NCBI GenBank assembly: GCA_963717145.1
Contig: OY970325.1
Coordinates: 960,001-1,024,000 of the forward strand
DNA length: 64,000 bases
Source: an uncultured Armatimonadetes bacterium
Lineage (GTDB): Bacteria; Armatimonadota; UBA5829; DTJY01
Direction of reading: 5' to 3'
Position 1 is the stretch's first letter, and each line of letters opens with the position of its first letter. The notes below the pieces were generated by a model that was given only the letters and a program-made list of their open reading frames with translations, was not told the DNA's origin and did not search any database. Made by a program: the position numbers and the translations under genes. Of this stretch, positions 52,948 through 62,704 are shown piece by piece.

Positions 52948-53517
52948 ATGAACGAGCGGGTACAGAAGATAAGACTGATCGCCATGGACGTTGACGGCGT
53001 GCTCACCCAGGGCGAGATCACCTATTCGTCCAGCGGCGACGAGATGAAGTCGTTCTGCATCAAAGATGGCCCCGCACTGAAGGCGGCTCGAGTCGCCGGC
53101 CTGCACGTCGCGGTCATCACCGGCCGGAAGTCGGCGGCACTCGAGCGACGGATGAGAGAGCTGGGGATCGAGAACCTCGACATGGCCTGCCGAGACAAGG
53201 GCGCCGCGATTCGCGATCTGCTCAGCCGCCTGGGACTGCACAAAGAAGAGGCGGCGTTCATCGGCGACGATCTGATCGACATCCCCGCATTCCGCGAGTG
53301 CGGGTACCGAGTCGCTGTGGGGGATGCCTGCGAAGACCTGAAGGCCGAGGCCGACTACGTTACCGAGGCGCTCGGAGGACGAGGCGCTGTCCGTGAGGCG
53401 ATCGAGATGATTCTGAAGGCGCAGGGCAAGTGGGCATCAGCCGTCGATTCTCTGCTTCAGCACTATCAGCGACCGGTAGAGGCCAATGCCGAATCTGACA
53501 ATCCTTCACACCAATGA
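52948..53517 (+). CDS. kdsC: KDO-8-phosphate phosphatase (HAD)
   Basis: DVDGVLT, ITGR, GDDLID, GGRGAVRE. Confidence 0.9.
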   Translation: MNERVQKIRLIAMDVDGVLTQGEITYSSSGDEMKSFCIKDGPALKAARVAGLHVAVITGRKSAALERRMRELGIENLDMACRDKGAAIRDLLSRLGLHKEEAAFIGDDLIDIPAFRECGYRVAVGDACEDLKAEADYVTEALGGRGAVREAIEMILKAQGKWASAVDSLLQHYQRPVEANAESDNPSHQ

Positions 53518-54331
53518 CCTCCATGGCCGCCTGCGACCCGAGGGCGTCGAGATCATCCGGCGCGAGAAGGAGTCAGCGGGCGACTGCCTGCTTCTCGATG
53601 CCGGGGATGCGATCGCCTCGGGGAACATCAGCTATCGTCCCGGCGGTGAACCGGCTCTGGGGCTGATGAGCGAGGCCGGATACGATGCCATGGCGATGGG
53701 CAATCGGGAGTTCCACTTCCTCAAGCCGGGCCTGCAATCGAAGGTCAAGCTCGCCCGGTTTCCGGTGCTCTGCGCGAACATGGACTGCGGCCGTAGGGGC
53801 GATCCTTCAACGGTCGCCCGGTTTGAAACTTCGGCAGCGCCGCTGCGTTCTGCTATCGAAGCATCAAACCGGGCGACCGTTGAAGGATCACCCCTACGGC
53901 CGCACTATATAGTTGAGAGAGGCGGCTATCGAGTCGCCATCTTCGGCCTGACAGTCCCGATGATCACGAAGGAGATGCTCGCAAGCAGATTCAGCCCGTA
54001 CCGGTTCGAGGACCCGATCGAGACGGCGAAGGCGATCGTGCCCGCGTTAAGAGATCAGGCGGACTTGGTCATTGCCGTGACACACATCGGCATCAAGGCG
54101 GACGAGGCTCTCGCGCAGGAAGTGCCCGGCATCGACCTGATCGTTGGTGGGCACACGCACTCCGTCCTACATGAGCCGTTGATGATCGGCGGCACGAGCA
54201 TCGTTCAGGCCGGATGGTTTGCACATTTCCTGGGCAAGGTTCAGATAACCGGAGAACCCGGGAACCTGTCGATCACCGGCAGCCTTATCCCGCTTCAGCC
54301 GAGCGCGCGATCCAGGGACATTACGCCATGA
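53486..54331 (+). CDS. 5'-nucleotidase-type metallophosphoesterase carrying an in-frame palindrome
   Basis: HTNDLHG, DAGD, GNREF, THIG, GGHTH. Confidence 0.85.
   Translation: MPNLTILHTNDLHGRLRPEGVEIIRREKESAGDCLLLDAGDAIASGNISYRPGGEPALGLMSEAGYDAMAMGNREFHFLKPGLQSKVKLARFPVLCANMDCGRRGDPSTVARFETSAAPLRSAIEASNRATVEGSPLRPHYIVERGGYRVAIFGLTVPMITKEMLASRFSPYRFEDPIETAKAIVPALRDQADLVIAVTHIGIKADEALAQEVPGIDLIVGGHTHSVLHEPLMIGGTSIVQAGWFAHFLGKVQITGEPGNLSITGSLIPLQPSARSRDITP
53786..53904. repeat. GTAG-type REP palindrome inside a CDS
   Basis: 41-bp arms (53786-53826/53864-53904), 1 mismatch. Confidence 0.9.
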
Positions 54332-56199
54332 GTCATCCGTTGCTCGCACTGCCGATATTCGCCCCGATTGCGTTGATCTGCCTTGCTCTGGGAGGCATGA
54401 TCCTCCGCGCGCTCGGCATCAAGTCGGGAAGCCTGCTCGAGGCAAGCGTCTTCGGCACGGCCATCGGGTTCGGCGTTCTGAGCTACCTCGTGCTGGGGAT
54501 CGGACTGGCCGGCATGTTGACTGTGCCTGTCCTCATCGGCCTGCTGGTCGTTCTGGCGATCGTATCGTTCCCTGGAATGCGCATCCTCATTCCGGCTTTG
54601 GTGAGAGCCGTTCGGGAGCGCAGTGGGGCGAAGGTGCGGACGACTGACGCACTGATGCTGGTCGGCGCGAGTATCCTCGGCTCGCTGGCTCTCCTGGGGG
54701 CGCTTTCCCCGCCGGGACCGACGGATTGGGACGGCCTGGCATACCATCTGGCAGTCCCGAAGCTGTACCTGGCAGCGCATCGGATCTTCTACGTCCCATT
54801 CACGTCTCACTCGAACTTCCCGTTCCTGACCGAGATGCTCTATACCCTCGGCCTGGCGCTTCATGGCCCGGCGCTGGCGAAGCTCTTCCACTATGCGATG
54901 TTTATCGTGACCGCGGCGGGCATCTGCTCCCTGTGCAGACGACATATCAACCCGAGGGCGGGCGCGGTCGGCGCATTGCTCTTCATGAGCGTTCCACTCA
55001 TGGTCTGGGAAGCGGGAGTTGCCTACGCCGACATCACGACTGCGATGTACCTTCTGCTCGGCGTGTATGCCATCCTGAACTGGGAGGAGTCGGCCGATAG
55101 GGGATGGCTGCTCGCCGCGGGGATCGTGTCTGGGTTCGCACTCGGTACGAAGATGCTTGCGCTCGTTCCGATCGGGGCACTTCTCATGTGGGTGCTGTGG
55201 ATCGGGAACCGTAGGGGCGATCCTTCCACGGTCGCCCGCTGGGGGACGAGCATCAAATGGACCGCGCTGGTCGGCTTGCTGACGGCGCTCATCGGATCGC
55301 TGTGGTACATCAAGACATACTTGTATACCGGCAATCCGGTCTACCCGTTCTTCTACAACATCTTCGGCGGGCGCAACTGGAGTCAGGCAGACGCCGACAT
55401 TTACCACGCCGCTCAGCAGGCGATGGGAATGGGACGCTCCGTACTCGATTTCGTCATGATCCCCTGGAACGTCACGATGAACGGCGGGAAGTTCTTCGAC
55501 GCGCTACTGATCTACGGGCTGCTCGGGCCGGCGTTCCTCGGGCTGATCGCGGTGACCATACTCATCGGCAGGTCGGAAAAGGCGGTCGGACGGCTGGCAT
55601 TCGTCTGCGTTGTGTTCATCGCCGCCTGGTTCTTCCTCATGCAGAATGCACGGTACATCATCACGATCCTCCCGCTGCTCAGCGTGATCGCGGGAGTCGG
55701 GGCGGCCCGCGCCCTTAGGCAGTGGTCGGTCGGACGCGTGATCGTGAGCGTGTTCCTGGTCATCTGCGTTGGGCTCGGGATCTTCACGGGCTACGTGTTG
55801 ATCCTCGGGAGCGCTCGTGCGGCGCTCGGGATCGAGCCCGCCGAATCGTATCTCTCCCGGACCCTCGACTGCTACGACGCGGAGTCCTACGTGAACGATT
55901 TCACCCCGAAGGACGCCCGAGTGCTTCTCTTCGACGAGCCGAGGGGGTTCTATCTCGACAGGGCATACATCTGGGCCGATCCGGGGCATCACGAGTTGAT
56001 TCCGTGGGGCGACTTCCATTCCGGCGACGAGATGGTCCGGTTCTTTGCCGCGAAGGATTACACCCACGCGATCATCAACTGGAATTTCATGAAGGGCAAT
56101 GATGCATACGAGCAGCTCATCTTCCAGGCGATCGGCATGGGCCGGTTACTGGAGGTCTACGGCTCGAAGAGAGTCAGCGTCTACGAGATCAGACCATGA
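54328..56199 (+). CDS. GT-C (PMT/ArnT-like) membrane glycosyltransferase
   Basis: WDGLAYHL, GTK, TGNPVYPF, RY, many TM helices. Confidence 0.75.
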   Translation: MSHPLLALPIFAPIALICLALGGMILRALGIKSGSLLEASVFGTAIGFGVLSYLVLGIGLAGMLTVPVLIGLLVVLAIVSFPGMRILIPALVRAVRERSGAKVRTTDALMLVGASILGSLALLGALSPPGPTDWDGLAYHLAVPKLYLAAHRIFYVPFTSHSNFPFLTEMLYTLGLALHGPALAKLFHYAMFIVTAAGICSLCRRHINPRAGAVGALLFMSVPLMVWEAGVAYADITTAMYLLLGVYAILNWEESADRGWLLAAGIVSGFALGTKMLALVPIGALLMWVLWIGNRRGDPSTVARWGTSIKWTALVGLLTALIGSLWYIKTYLYTGNPVYPFFYNIFGGRNWSQADADIYHAAQQAMGMGRSVLDFVMIPWNVTMNGGKFFDALLIYGLLGPAFLGLIAVTILIGRSEKAVGRLAFVCVVFIAAWFFLMQNARYIITILPLLSVIAGVGAARALRQWSVGRVIVSVFLVICVGLGIFTGYVLILGSARAALGIEPAESYLSRTLDCYDAESYVNDFTPKDARVLLFDEPRGFYLDRAYIWADPGHHELIPWGDFHSGDEMVRFFAAKDYTHAIINWNFMKGNDAYEQLIFQAIGMGRLLEVYGSKRVSVYEIRP

Positions 56200-57488
56200 G
56201 AATGGAAACTCGAGAGTCGAAATCCGAGATCCGAAACTGGCGGATGTGGCTGGGGGGGATCATCGCCCTCCATCTGATTCTCGGCCTCGTCTACTGGAGT
56301 CATACCGCATACGGTGTCGCCCCTGATGAGGCGTTCCACGGCCTGTACGTTCGGCATCTCGCGGTCGATCACGCACTGCCCGTGTTCTCCGCCTCAGACA
56401 CGGGCGACTATGAGGCGCATCAGCCGCCGCTGTACTATGCGCTCGGCGTGCCGTTCTACCTCACTGCCAAGGCACTTGGGGTTGATGACCCGGGAGTCGC
56501 GGTGCGATTGCTCTCACTGATCCTGGGGGCGCTCTCGATCCTGGTCGTATACGGGACGATCAAGGCACTGATCCCCGGCCGCCAATCGACCGGTTTGGCC
56601 TGTGCAGGGTTCGTCGCATTACTTCCGATGCACCTCGCGCTGAGCAGTTCCGTGGGCAACGACATCCTGGCCGAACTGGTCTTCGGCGTCGCGTTGCTCT
56701 TGATGGTGAGATTGTTCGTAACCGGACCGACGATGTGGACCGGCCTTCTGCTCGGTCTTGTACTGGGGCTCGGATTGCTCGCGAAGACGACTTGCGCGCT
56801 CCTCTTCCCGGTGGCGGTCCTCACATACATACTGCTGTGGAGGCGGGGAACACTCATGGCGAGACGGGCAGTCTCAGAGATGGCGGCGATGCTCGGGATA
56901 AGCCTTCTGGTCGGCGGATGGTGGCTCGTCAGAAACGTTATGCTCTACGGCGATCCCTTCGCCCTGTCGCAATTCAACCAGGCGTTCTCGCACACGGCGA
57001 AACCGGAGTTCTTCCTCGTGGGGCAGGGGATGACCTGGACGGGCTATTTCATACTCGTTGGAGCATTGACCTTTGCCAGTTTCTGGGGTGTCTTCGGGCA
57101 CATGAGGGTCTTCATGCCGACGTGGGTGTATCTGTTTCTGGCGACCATCTCACTTGTCGCATTGGTCGGGAGCGTGCGATCATTCGTCGCGCTCAGGAGG
57201 GAATCGGTGGGGCAGAGGGACGCTTTGCTTGTTGTGATGGCGGTCGGGGCACTGGTATTACTCTCGTTCATACGCTTCAACCTGAGCTTCTTCCAGGCGC
57301 AGGGACGATATCTCTATCCGGCGATCATCCCGATCGCGCTGACCTTCGTGCTGGGCATCGAGCGCTTACTGCCGGAGAGGAACCGGACGCTGTCGGCCGC
57401 CGTAGTGAACGGTGGAATGCTGCTGTTGACCCTGACGGCGCTCGCCACCGCCGTCATCCCGAATCTGCCGTACCAGACACCGCCATGA
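56196..57488 (+). CDS. GT-C (GT39/DUF2142-like) membrane glycosyltransferase
   Basis: PDE..H, HQPPLYY, ND, SFWGVFG, QGRYLYP. Confidence 0.75.
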   Translation: MRMETRESKSEIRNWRMWLGGIIALHLILGLVYWSHTAYGVAPDEAFHGLYVRHLAVDHALPVFSASDTGDYEAHQPPLYYALGVPFYLTAKALGVDDPGVAVRLLSLILGALSILVVYGTIKALIPGRQSTGLACAGFVALLPMHLALSSSVGNDILAELVFGVALLLMVRLFVTGPTMWTGLLLGLVLGLGLLAKTTCALLFPVAVLTYILLWRRGTLMARRAVSEMAAMLGISLLVGGWWLVRNVMLYGDPFALSQFNQAFSHTAKPEFFLVGQGMTWTGYFILVGALTFASFWGVFGHMRVFMPTWVYLFLATISLVALVGSVRSFVALRRESVGQRDALLVVMAVGALVLLSFIRFNLSFFQAQGRYLYPAIIPIALTFVLGIERLLPERNRTLSAAVVNGGMLLLTLTALATAVIPNLPYQTPP

Positions 57489-58237
57489 AGCTATCGGTCA
57501 TCATCCCGGTCTACAACGAGCGAGACACCATCGAGGCGACCCTCGACCGCGTTCGGCAGTCGGAGGTCGAGCAGGAGATCGTCGTCGTCGATGACTGCTC
57601 GACCGACGGCACGCGTGAACTGCTCCAGTCCATCTCCGCCTGCGCCCCTCCTTACGAAGGAGGGGCCGGCCAGCAGGCCGGGGGAGGTTTGCATGCGGAC
57701 GCCCCCTCTCCCTCTCCACCCATCCGCCTGGTGCTCCACGAAAGGAACATGGGGAAGGGGATGGCGATCCGGAGTGGACTCGAGCATGCCACGGGCGACA
57801 TCGTCATCATCCAGGACGCCGATCTCGAGTACTTCCCCTCAGACTACGCGGCCATGATCGCGCCGATCGTCAGCGGCGAGGCCGACGTCGTCTACGGCTC
57901 GCGATTCCTCGAGCAGCGTCCAGAGATGCGCCTGCCGAACTACGTCGCCAACAGGGTGCTCGCAATCGCGGCATCGGTGCTATTCGGCGCGCGGATCACC
58001 GACGAAGCCACCTGCTACAAGGCATTCCGCGCTGATCTTCTCAGGAGTATCCCACTCACGTGCAGGCGCTTCGAGTTCTGTCCCGAGGTCACCGCGAAGG
58101 TCCTCCGCCGGGGAATCAGGATCGAGGAGGTACCGATCCGCTATGAGGCGCGCACGGTCGAGCAGGGGAAGAAGATCGGCTGGTGGGACGGCGTCGTCGC
58201 CCTCTGGACACTGCTGAAGTACCGCTTTGTCCGATAG
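57485..58237 (+). CDS. GT2 polyprenol-phosphate glycosyltransferase with repeat-derived insert
   Basis: SVIIPVYNE, VDDCSTDGT, GKG, QDADLEY, GSRF. Confidence 0.9.
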   Translation: MKLSVIIPVYNERDTIEATLDRVRQSEVEQEIVVVDDCSTDGTRELLQSISACAPPYEGGAGQQAGGGLHADAPSPSPPIRLVLHERNMGKGMAIRSGLEHATGDIVIIQDADLEYFPSDYAAMIAPIVSGEADVVYGSRFLEQRPEMRLPNYVANRVLAIAASVLFGARITDEATCYKAFRADLLRSIPLTCRRFEFCPEVTAKVLRRGIRIEEVPIRYEARTVEQGKKIGWWDGVVALWTLLKYRFVR

Positions 58238-58317
58238 TGGACACCGGCTTCTCCGTCGCCCGGCGACAGAGCCCCGCCTTTCACTGTGCCTGTCCCGAGT
58301 TCCCCACGGGCAAAGGG

Positions 58318-59340
58318 CTATGCCCGACGCCGTCTCATGCCCAGGAGTCCTACCAGTCCCCCAGCCAACGCGATAAGCGATGACGGCTCAGGAACCGTGG
58401 AGACGCGGAACCCGATACTGTTGGCCGAGTTCAACGGGTTCCAGCCGCCGCGAAAGGATGCCTGGATGCCTTGGACGTCGCCATTGAACGCACCGCCGCG
58501 CAGACCGCGCAAAGCGCGACCATCGTAGATTCTCGTAACAACGTCGTTCAACTCTTCGACGTTGCCGCCCTGATCGAACGTCCCGTAGGGACTGTTGGAG
58601 TCCTGGAACTCGCCGGCGACCGTAGTGGACATGCCGGAATCGATGGGGTAGGCGCCGGAGCCCGTGCGGTAGTTGGCGTTGTTGCCCGAGGCGTCGACCA
58701 TGTCCCGACCCGGGGCCGTGTCGCTGCTCGTGGCATACAGCCAGTAACCGGCGCTGGTACTGCCGCCCTTGTAGTAGGCAGCCTTATACCACTCGTCCTC
58801 GCTGGTGATTGCCCACTTCCATCCGGCGTTTCTCTGGATCGTGCGGCCATCAATGCCGTTGTAGCCGTCGAGAGTGTAGGCGCCGCGCTCGGTGGTGGAG
58901 GCATCCTGAAGTCCCGTCGGCTGGCCGTTACCGAGCCAGTTGGCGAAACGGCAGGAGTCCCAGTAGCTAACATAGTTCACCGGGCGGTTGACAAAGTCGC
59001 TTGCCACCGAGTAGGTGAAGCTGCCGGAAGCGCCGCTCTGCGTGATTCCACAGCCGTTGATGGTGTTTGACATGCCGATGTAGTACAGTCCGTATATGTC
59101 GGTGGCTGCTACGGCGTTGAGGAATGCGGTGTACTGCCCGGCGGTCACCTCGTACTTGCCGATGCTGTAGTTGTAGCCCACCGAGCCATAGCCGGTGGTG
59201 CCGTCATACATCATCACCCGGGTGTCAGCCGCATTACCCACGTCGCCAACGGGAACGGTCTCGATGGTGATGCTCGCCTGAGCGGCGATACCCATACCCA
59301 GCAGCATAAGCGCCGCCGTTACTGCGAATAACCTCTTCAT
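58318..59340 (-). CDS. FGE-sulfatase/CLec-fold PEP-CTERM protein, copy 1 (340 aa)
   Basis: Signal peptide, KYEVT, EWYKAA, GNVEE, RGG...GFRV, VPEPSS + TM + RRRRA. Confidence 0.9.
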   Translation of the reverse strand: MKRLFAVTAALMLLGMGIAAQASITIETVPVGDVGNAADTRVMMYDGTTGYGSVGYNYSIGKYEVTAGQYTAFLNAVAATDIYGLYYIGMSNTINGCGITQSGASGSFTYSVASDFVNRPVNYVSYWDSCRFANWLGNGQPTGLQDASTTERGAYTLDGYNGIDGRTIQRNAGWKWAITSEDEWYKAAYYKGGSTSAGYWLYATSSDTAPGRDMVDASGNNANYRTGSGAYPIDSGMSTTVAGEFQDSNSPYGTFDQGGNVEELNDVVTRIYDGRALRGLRGGAFNGDVQGIQASFRGGWNPLNSANSIGFRVSTVPEPSSLIALAGGLVGLLGMRRRRA

Positions 59341-59404
59341 CCTTTTCCCTCCAAAGTGTTGTGGCCTGGCCGCGCGGATTCTAGTGCCCGCTTGCGGCAA
59401 ACGG

Positions 59405-60454
59405 CTATGCCCGACGCCGTCTCATGCCCAGGAGTCCTACCAGTCCCCCAGCCAACGCGATAAGCGATGACGGCTCAGGAACAGCGGAGACACGGAACCC
59501 GATGGCGCGTTCATCGCCCGACGGGTAGTAGTTGGGGTTGCTGTACGAGCCCCGGAGGCCGGAGTCGCGGAAACCGTCGAACCCACGCCGCGGATGACGC
59601 GATGGGCGTAATCCCCGTCACATGCAATAGTCTCGTTCCACTCCCAGACGTTGCCGCCCTGGTCGAACGTGCCGTAGGCGCTCGCTGAGTTCTCGAACTC
59701 ACCGACGTTGGTTCGGTAGTAGGGGCTGCCGATGCATCGGATCCGCCCATTGTGATGTAGTTGGCGCTGTTGCCGGGGTCTGTGGCCAGCACCTGGTTGG
59801 CCGGCGCGGTATTGCTCTGGGTGGGATAAGTCCCAGTAACCGGCGTTGGTACCGCCGCCCTTGTAGTATGCAGCCTTATACCACTCGTCCTCGCTGGTCA
59901 CCGCCCACCTCCCCCCGGCGTTTCTGCTGGATGGTGCGGCCATCATCGCCGTTGTAGCCGTCCAGGGTGTATGCGCCGCCCTCGGTGGTCGACGCGCTCT
60001 GCAGCCCTGTGGGCTGGCCGTTGCCGAGCCAGTTGGCGAAACGGCAGGAGTCCCAAAAGCTCACGTAGTTCACAGGCCTGTTCGCCCAGTCGGACGCCAC
60101 GCTGTAGGTGTAGCTGCCGGAAGTGCCGCTGCGCTTGATGTTGCAGCCACGGCTGTCGTTCACCGTGTCCATGTAAGTGTTGTACAGCCCGTAGGTGTCG
60201 GTGGCTGCCACGGCGTTCAGGAACGCGGTGTACTGCCCGGCGGTCACTTCATACTTGCCGATGCTGTAGTTGTAGTCCACCGAGCCGCAGATCCGATCAG
60301 GGCCATATCCCCCCCCCGGCACACTCGCTCCTGAGAGCTCGCCGGCATTGCCTGCGTTGCCGACGGGAACGGTCTCGATCGTGATGGCCGCCTGAGCGGC
60401 TAATCCCATAGCGAGCAGCACGATCGCCGCTGTTACTGCGAATAAGCTCTTCAT
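59405..60454 (-). pseudogene. Copy 2, several frameshifts (possibly sequencing error)
   Basis: Same motifs split over frames between ~59580 and ~59930. Confidence 0.7.
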
Positions 60455-60518
60455 CCTTTTCCCTCCAAAGTGTTGTGGCCTGGCCGTGCGGATTCTAGTG
60501 CCCGCTTGCGGCAAAGGG

Positions 60519-61562
60519 CTATGCCCGACGCCGTCTCATGCCCAGGAGTCCTACCAGTCCCCCAGCCAATGCGATGAGCGATGACGGCTCAGGAACTGCG
60601 GAGACGCGAAAACCGAAAGAGCGGTCCTCGTCCGACACGTAGCGGCTGGCGCGACACGAGGCCCGGAGGTGGTAGTCGCCAGGACTGTTGAACGCGCCGC
60701 CACGCACGCCGCGATCGGCGTACCCGGCATATACAATAGCCTCGTTCCACTCAAACACGTTGCCCCCCTGGTCGAACGTGCCGTAGGCGCTTGCTGAGTT
60801 CTCGAACTCACCTACGTTGGTTCGAGAATAGGGGCCGCCGATGCAGAAGGTCTCGTCTGGAAGGGTGACGTAGTTGGCGCTGTTGCCGGGGTCTGTGGCC
60901 AGCACCTGATTGGCCGGCGCGGTGTTGCTCTGAGTGGGATACAGCCAGTATCCGGCGCTGGTACTGCCGCCTTTGTAGTATGCAGCCTTATACCATTCGT
61001 TTTCGCTCGTCAACAACCACTTTGCCGTCGACCCCTCATACCAAGTCTTCCGCTGGGCAGCAGTGGGTATGGTGACGGTCCCGGAATTGACACCGCCGCC
61101 GGTGATCAAATAGCTTCCCGATTCTGTGCTGCCACTTCCCTGGCCGTTAGTCAGCCAGTTTGCAAAGCGCAGCGTGTCATACCAGGACACGTAGTTGACC
61201 GGCCTGTTCGCCCAGTCGGATGCAACACTGTAGCTGTAGTTGCCGCTTGCGCCGGTGCGCTTGATGTTGCAGCCGCGGAGGTCGTTCACCGTGTCCATCT
61301 TCGTGTTGTACAGCCCGTATGTGTCGGTAGCTGCCACCGCATTGAGGAAGGCAGTGTACTGTCCGGCGGTCACTTCATACTTGCCGATGCTGTAGTTGTA
61401 GCCGACTGAACCGTAGCCGGTAGTGCCATCGTCCATTACGCGGGTATCAGGCGCATTTCCCACGTTGCCGACAGGAACGGTCTCGATCGTGATGGCCGCC
61501 TGAGCGGCGAGTCCCATACCCAGCAGCACGAGCGCCGCCGTTACTGCGAATAACCTCTTCAT
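60519..61562 (-). CDS. FGE-sulfatase/CLec-fold PEP-CTERM protein, copy 3 (347 aa)
   Basis: Intact, same architecture as copy 1. Confidence 0.9.
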   Translation of the reverse strand: MKRLFAVTAALVLLGMGLAAQAAITIETVPVGNVGNAPDTRVMDDGTTGYGSVGYNYSIGKYEVTAGQYTAFLNAVAATDTYGLYNTKMDTVNDLRGCNIKRTGASGNYSYSVASDWANRPVNYVSWYDTLRFANWLTNGQGSGSTESGSYLITGGGVNSGTVTIPTAAQRKTWYEGSTAKWLLTSENEWYKAAYYKGGSTSAGYWLYPTQSNTAPANQVLATDPGNSANYVTLPDETFCIGGPYSRTNVGEFENSASAYGTFDQGGNVFEWNEAIVYAGYADRGVRGGAFNSPGDYHLRASCRASRYVSDEDRSFGFRVSAVPEPSSLIALAGGLVGLLGMRRRRA

Positions 61563-61626
61563 CCTTTTCCCTCCAAAGTGTTGTGGCCTGGCCGTGCGGA
61601 TTCTAGTGCCCGCTTGCGGCAAAGGG

Positions 61627-62640
61627 CTATGCCCGACGCCGTCTGATGCCCAGGAGTCCTACCAGTCCCCCAGCCAATGCGATGAGCGATGACGGCTCAG
61701 GGACTGCGGAGACACGGAACCCGACAATGCTCGCCTCCGGCGGCCAGAAGGTGTAGCGCCGTGATGCCTGGAGGTAGATGACCTGGTGAGTGAACGAGCC
61801 GCCGCGGGTAAGGCGAAAGGTGTAATCCCCGTCGATAGACAGAATAGCCTCGTTCCACTCCGATACATTGCCACTCTGGTCGAACGTGCCATAGGGACTT
61901 TCGGAGTTCTGGAACTCACCGACCTCGGTCCGGTAGTACGGACTACCGATAAGGAGGCTGTTGCTGTAATAGTTGGCATTGTTGCCTGAGGCGTCGGCCA
62001 TGTCCCGACCCGGGGCCGTGTCGCTGCTCGTGGGATACAGCCAGTACCCGGCGCTGGTACTGCCGCCCTTGTAGTATGCAGCCTTATACCACTCGTCCTC
62101 GCTCGTCACAGCCCAGTTCCATCCTGCGTTGCGCTGGATGGCGCGCCCATCAGTGCCGTTGTAGCCGTTGAGTGTGTAGGCCCCATCCTCGGTGGTCAAC
62201 GCGTTCTGCAACCCTGTGGGCTGGCCGTTACCGAGCCAGTTGGCGAACCGGCACGAGTCCCAATAGCCAACGAAGTTCACAGGCCTGTTCGCCCAGTCGG
62301 AGGCTACGCTGTAGGTGTAGCTGCCGGAACTGCCGCTGCGCTTTATGTTGCAGCCATAGGGGTCGTTCACCGTGTCCATGTAAGTGTTGTACAGGCCGTA
62401 TGTGTCGGTGGCTGCCACGGCGTTGAGGAATGCGGTGTACTGTCCGGCGGTCACTTCATACTTGCCGATGTTGTACTTGTAGCCCACAGAGCCGTAGCCG
62501 GTAGTGCCATCATTCATTACCCGGGTGTCAGGCGCATTCCCCGAGTCAGCAACGTAAACGGTTTCGATGTCGATCGCCTGAGCGGCGAGTCCCATACCCA
62601 GCAGCACGATCGCCGCTGTTACTGCGAATAAGCTATTCAT
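61627..62640 (-). CDS. FGE-sulfatase/CLec-fold PEP-CTERM protein, copy 4 (337 aa)
   Basis: Intact, same architecture as copy 1. Confidence 0.9.
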   Translation of the reverse strand: MNSLFAVTAAIVLLGMGLAAQAIDIETVYVADSGNAPDTRVMNDGTTGYGSVGYKYNIGKYEVTAGQYTAFLNAVAATDTYGLYNTYMDTVNDPYGCNIKRSGSSGSYTYSVASDWANRPVNFVGYWDSCRFANWLGNGQPTGLQNALTTEDGAYTLNGYNGTDGRAIQRNAGWNWAVTSEDEWYKAAYYKGGSTSAGYWLYPTSSDTAPGRDMADASGNNANYYSNSLLIGSPYYRTEVGEFQNSESPYGTFDQSGNVSEWNEAILSIDGDYTFRLTRGGSFTHQVIYLQASRRYTFWPPEASIVGFRVSAVPEPSSLIALAGGLVGLLGIRRRRA

Positions 62641-62704
62641 CCTTTTCCCTCCAGAGTGTTGTGGCCTGGCCGTGCGGAGTCTATTGCCCGCTTGCGGCAA
62701 AGGG

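Noticed and set aside
59341-59400. N-terminal extension MPQAGTRIR... in the ORF track for array genes
   Set aside because: It is an in-frame TTG within the spacer. The true start is the ATG after GGAGGG that begins the signal peptide.
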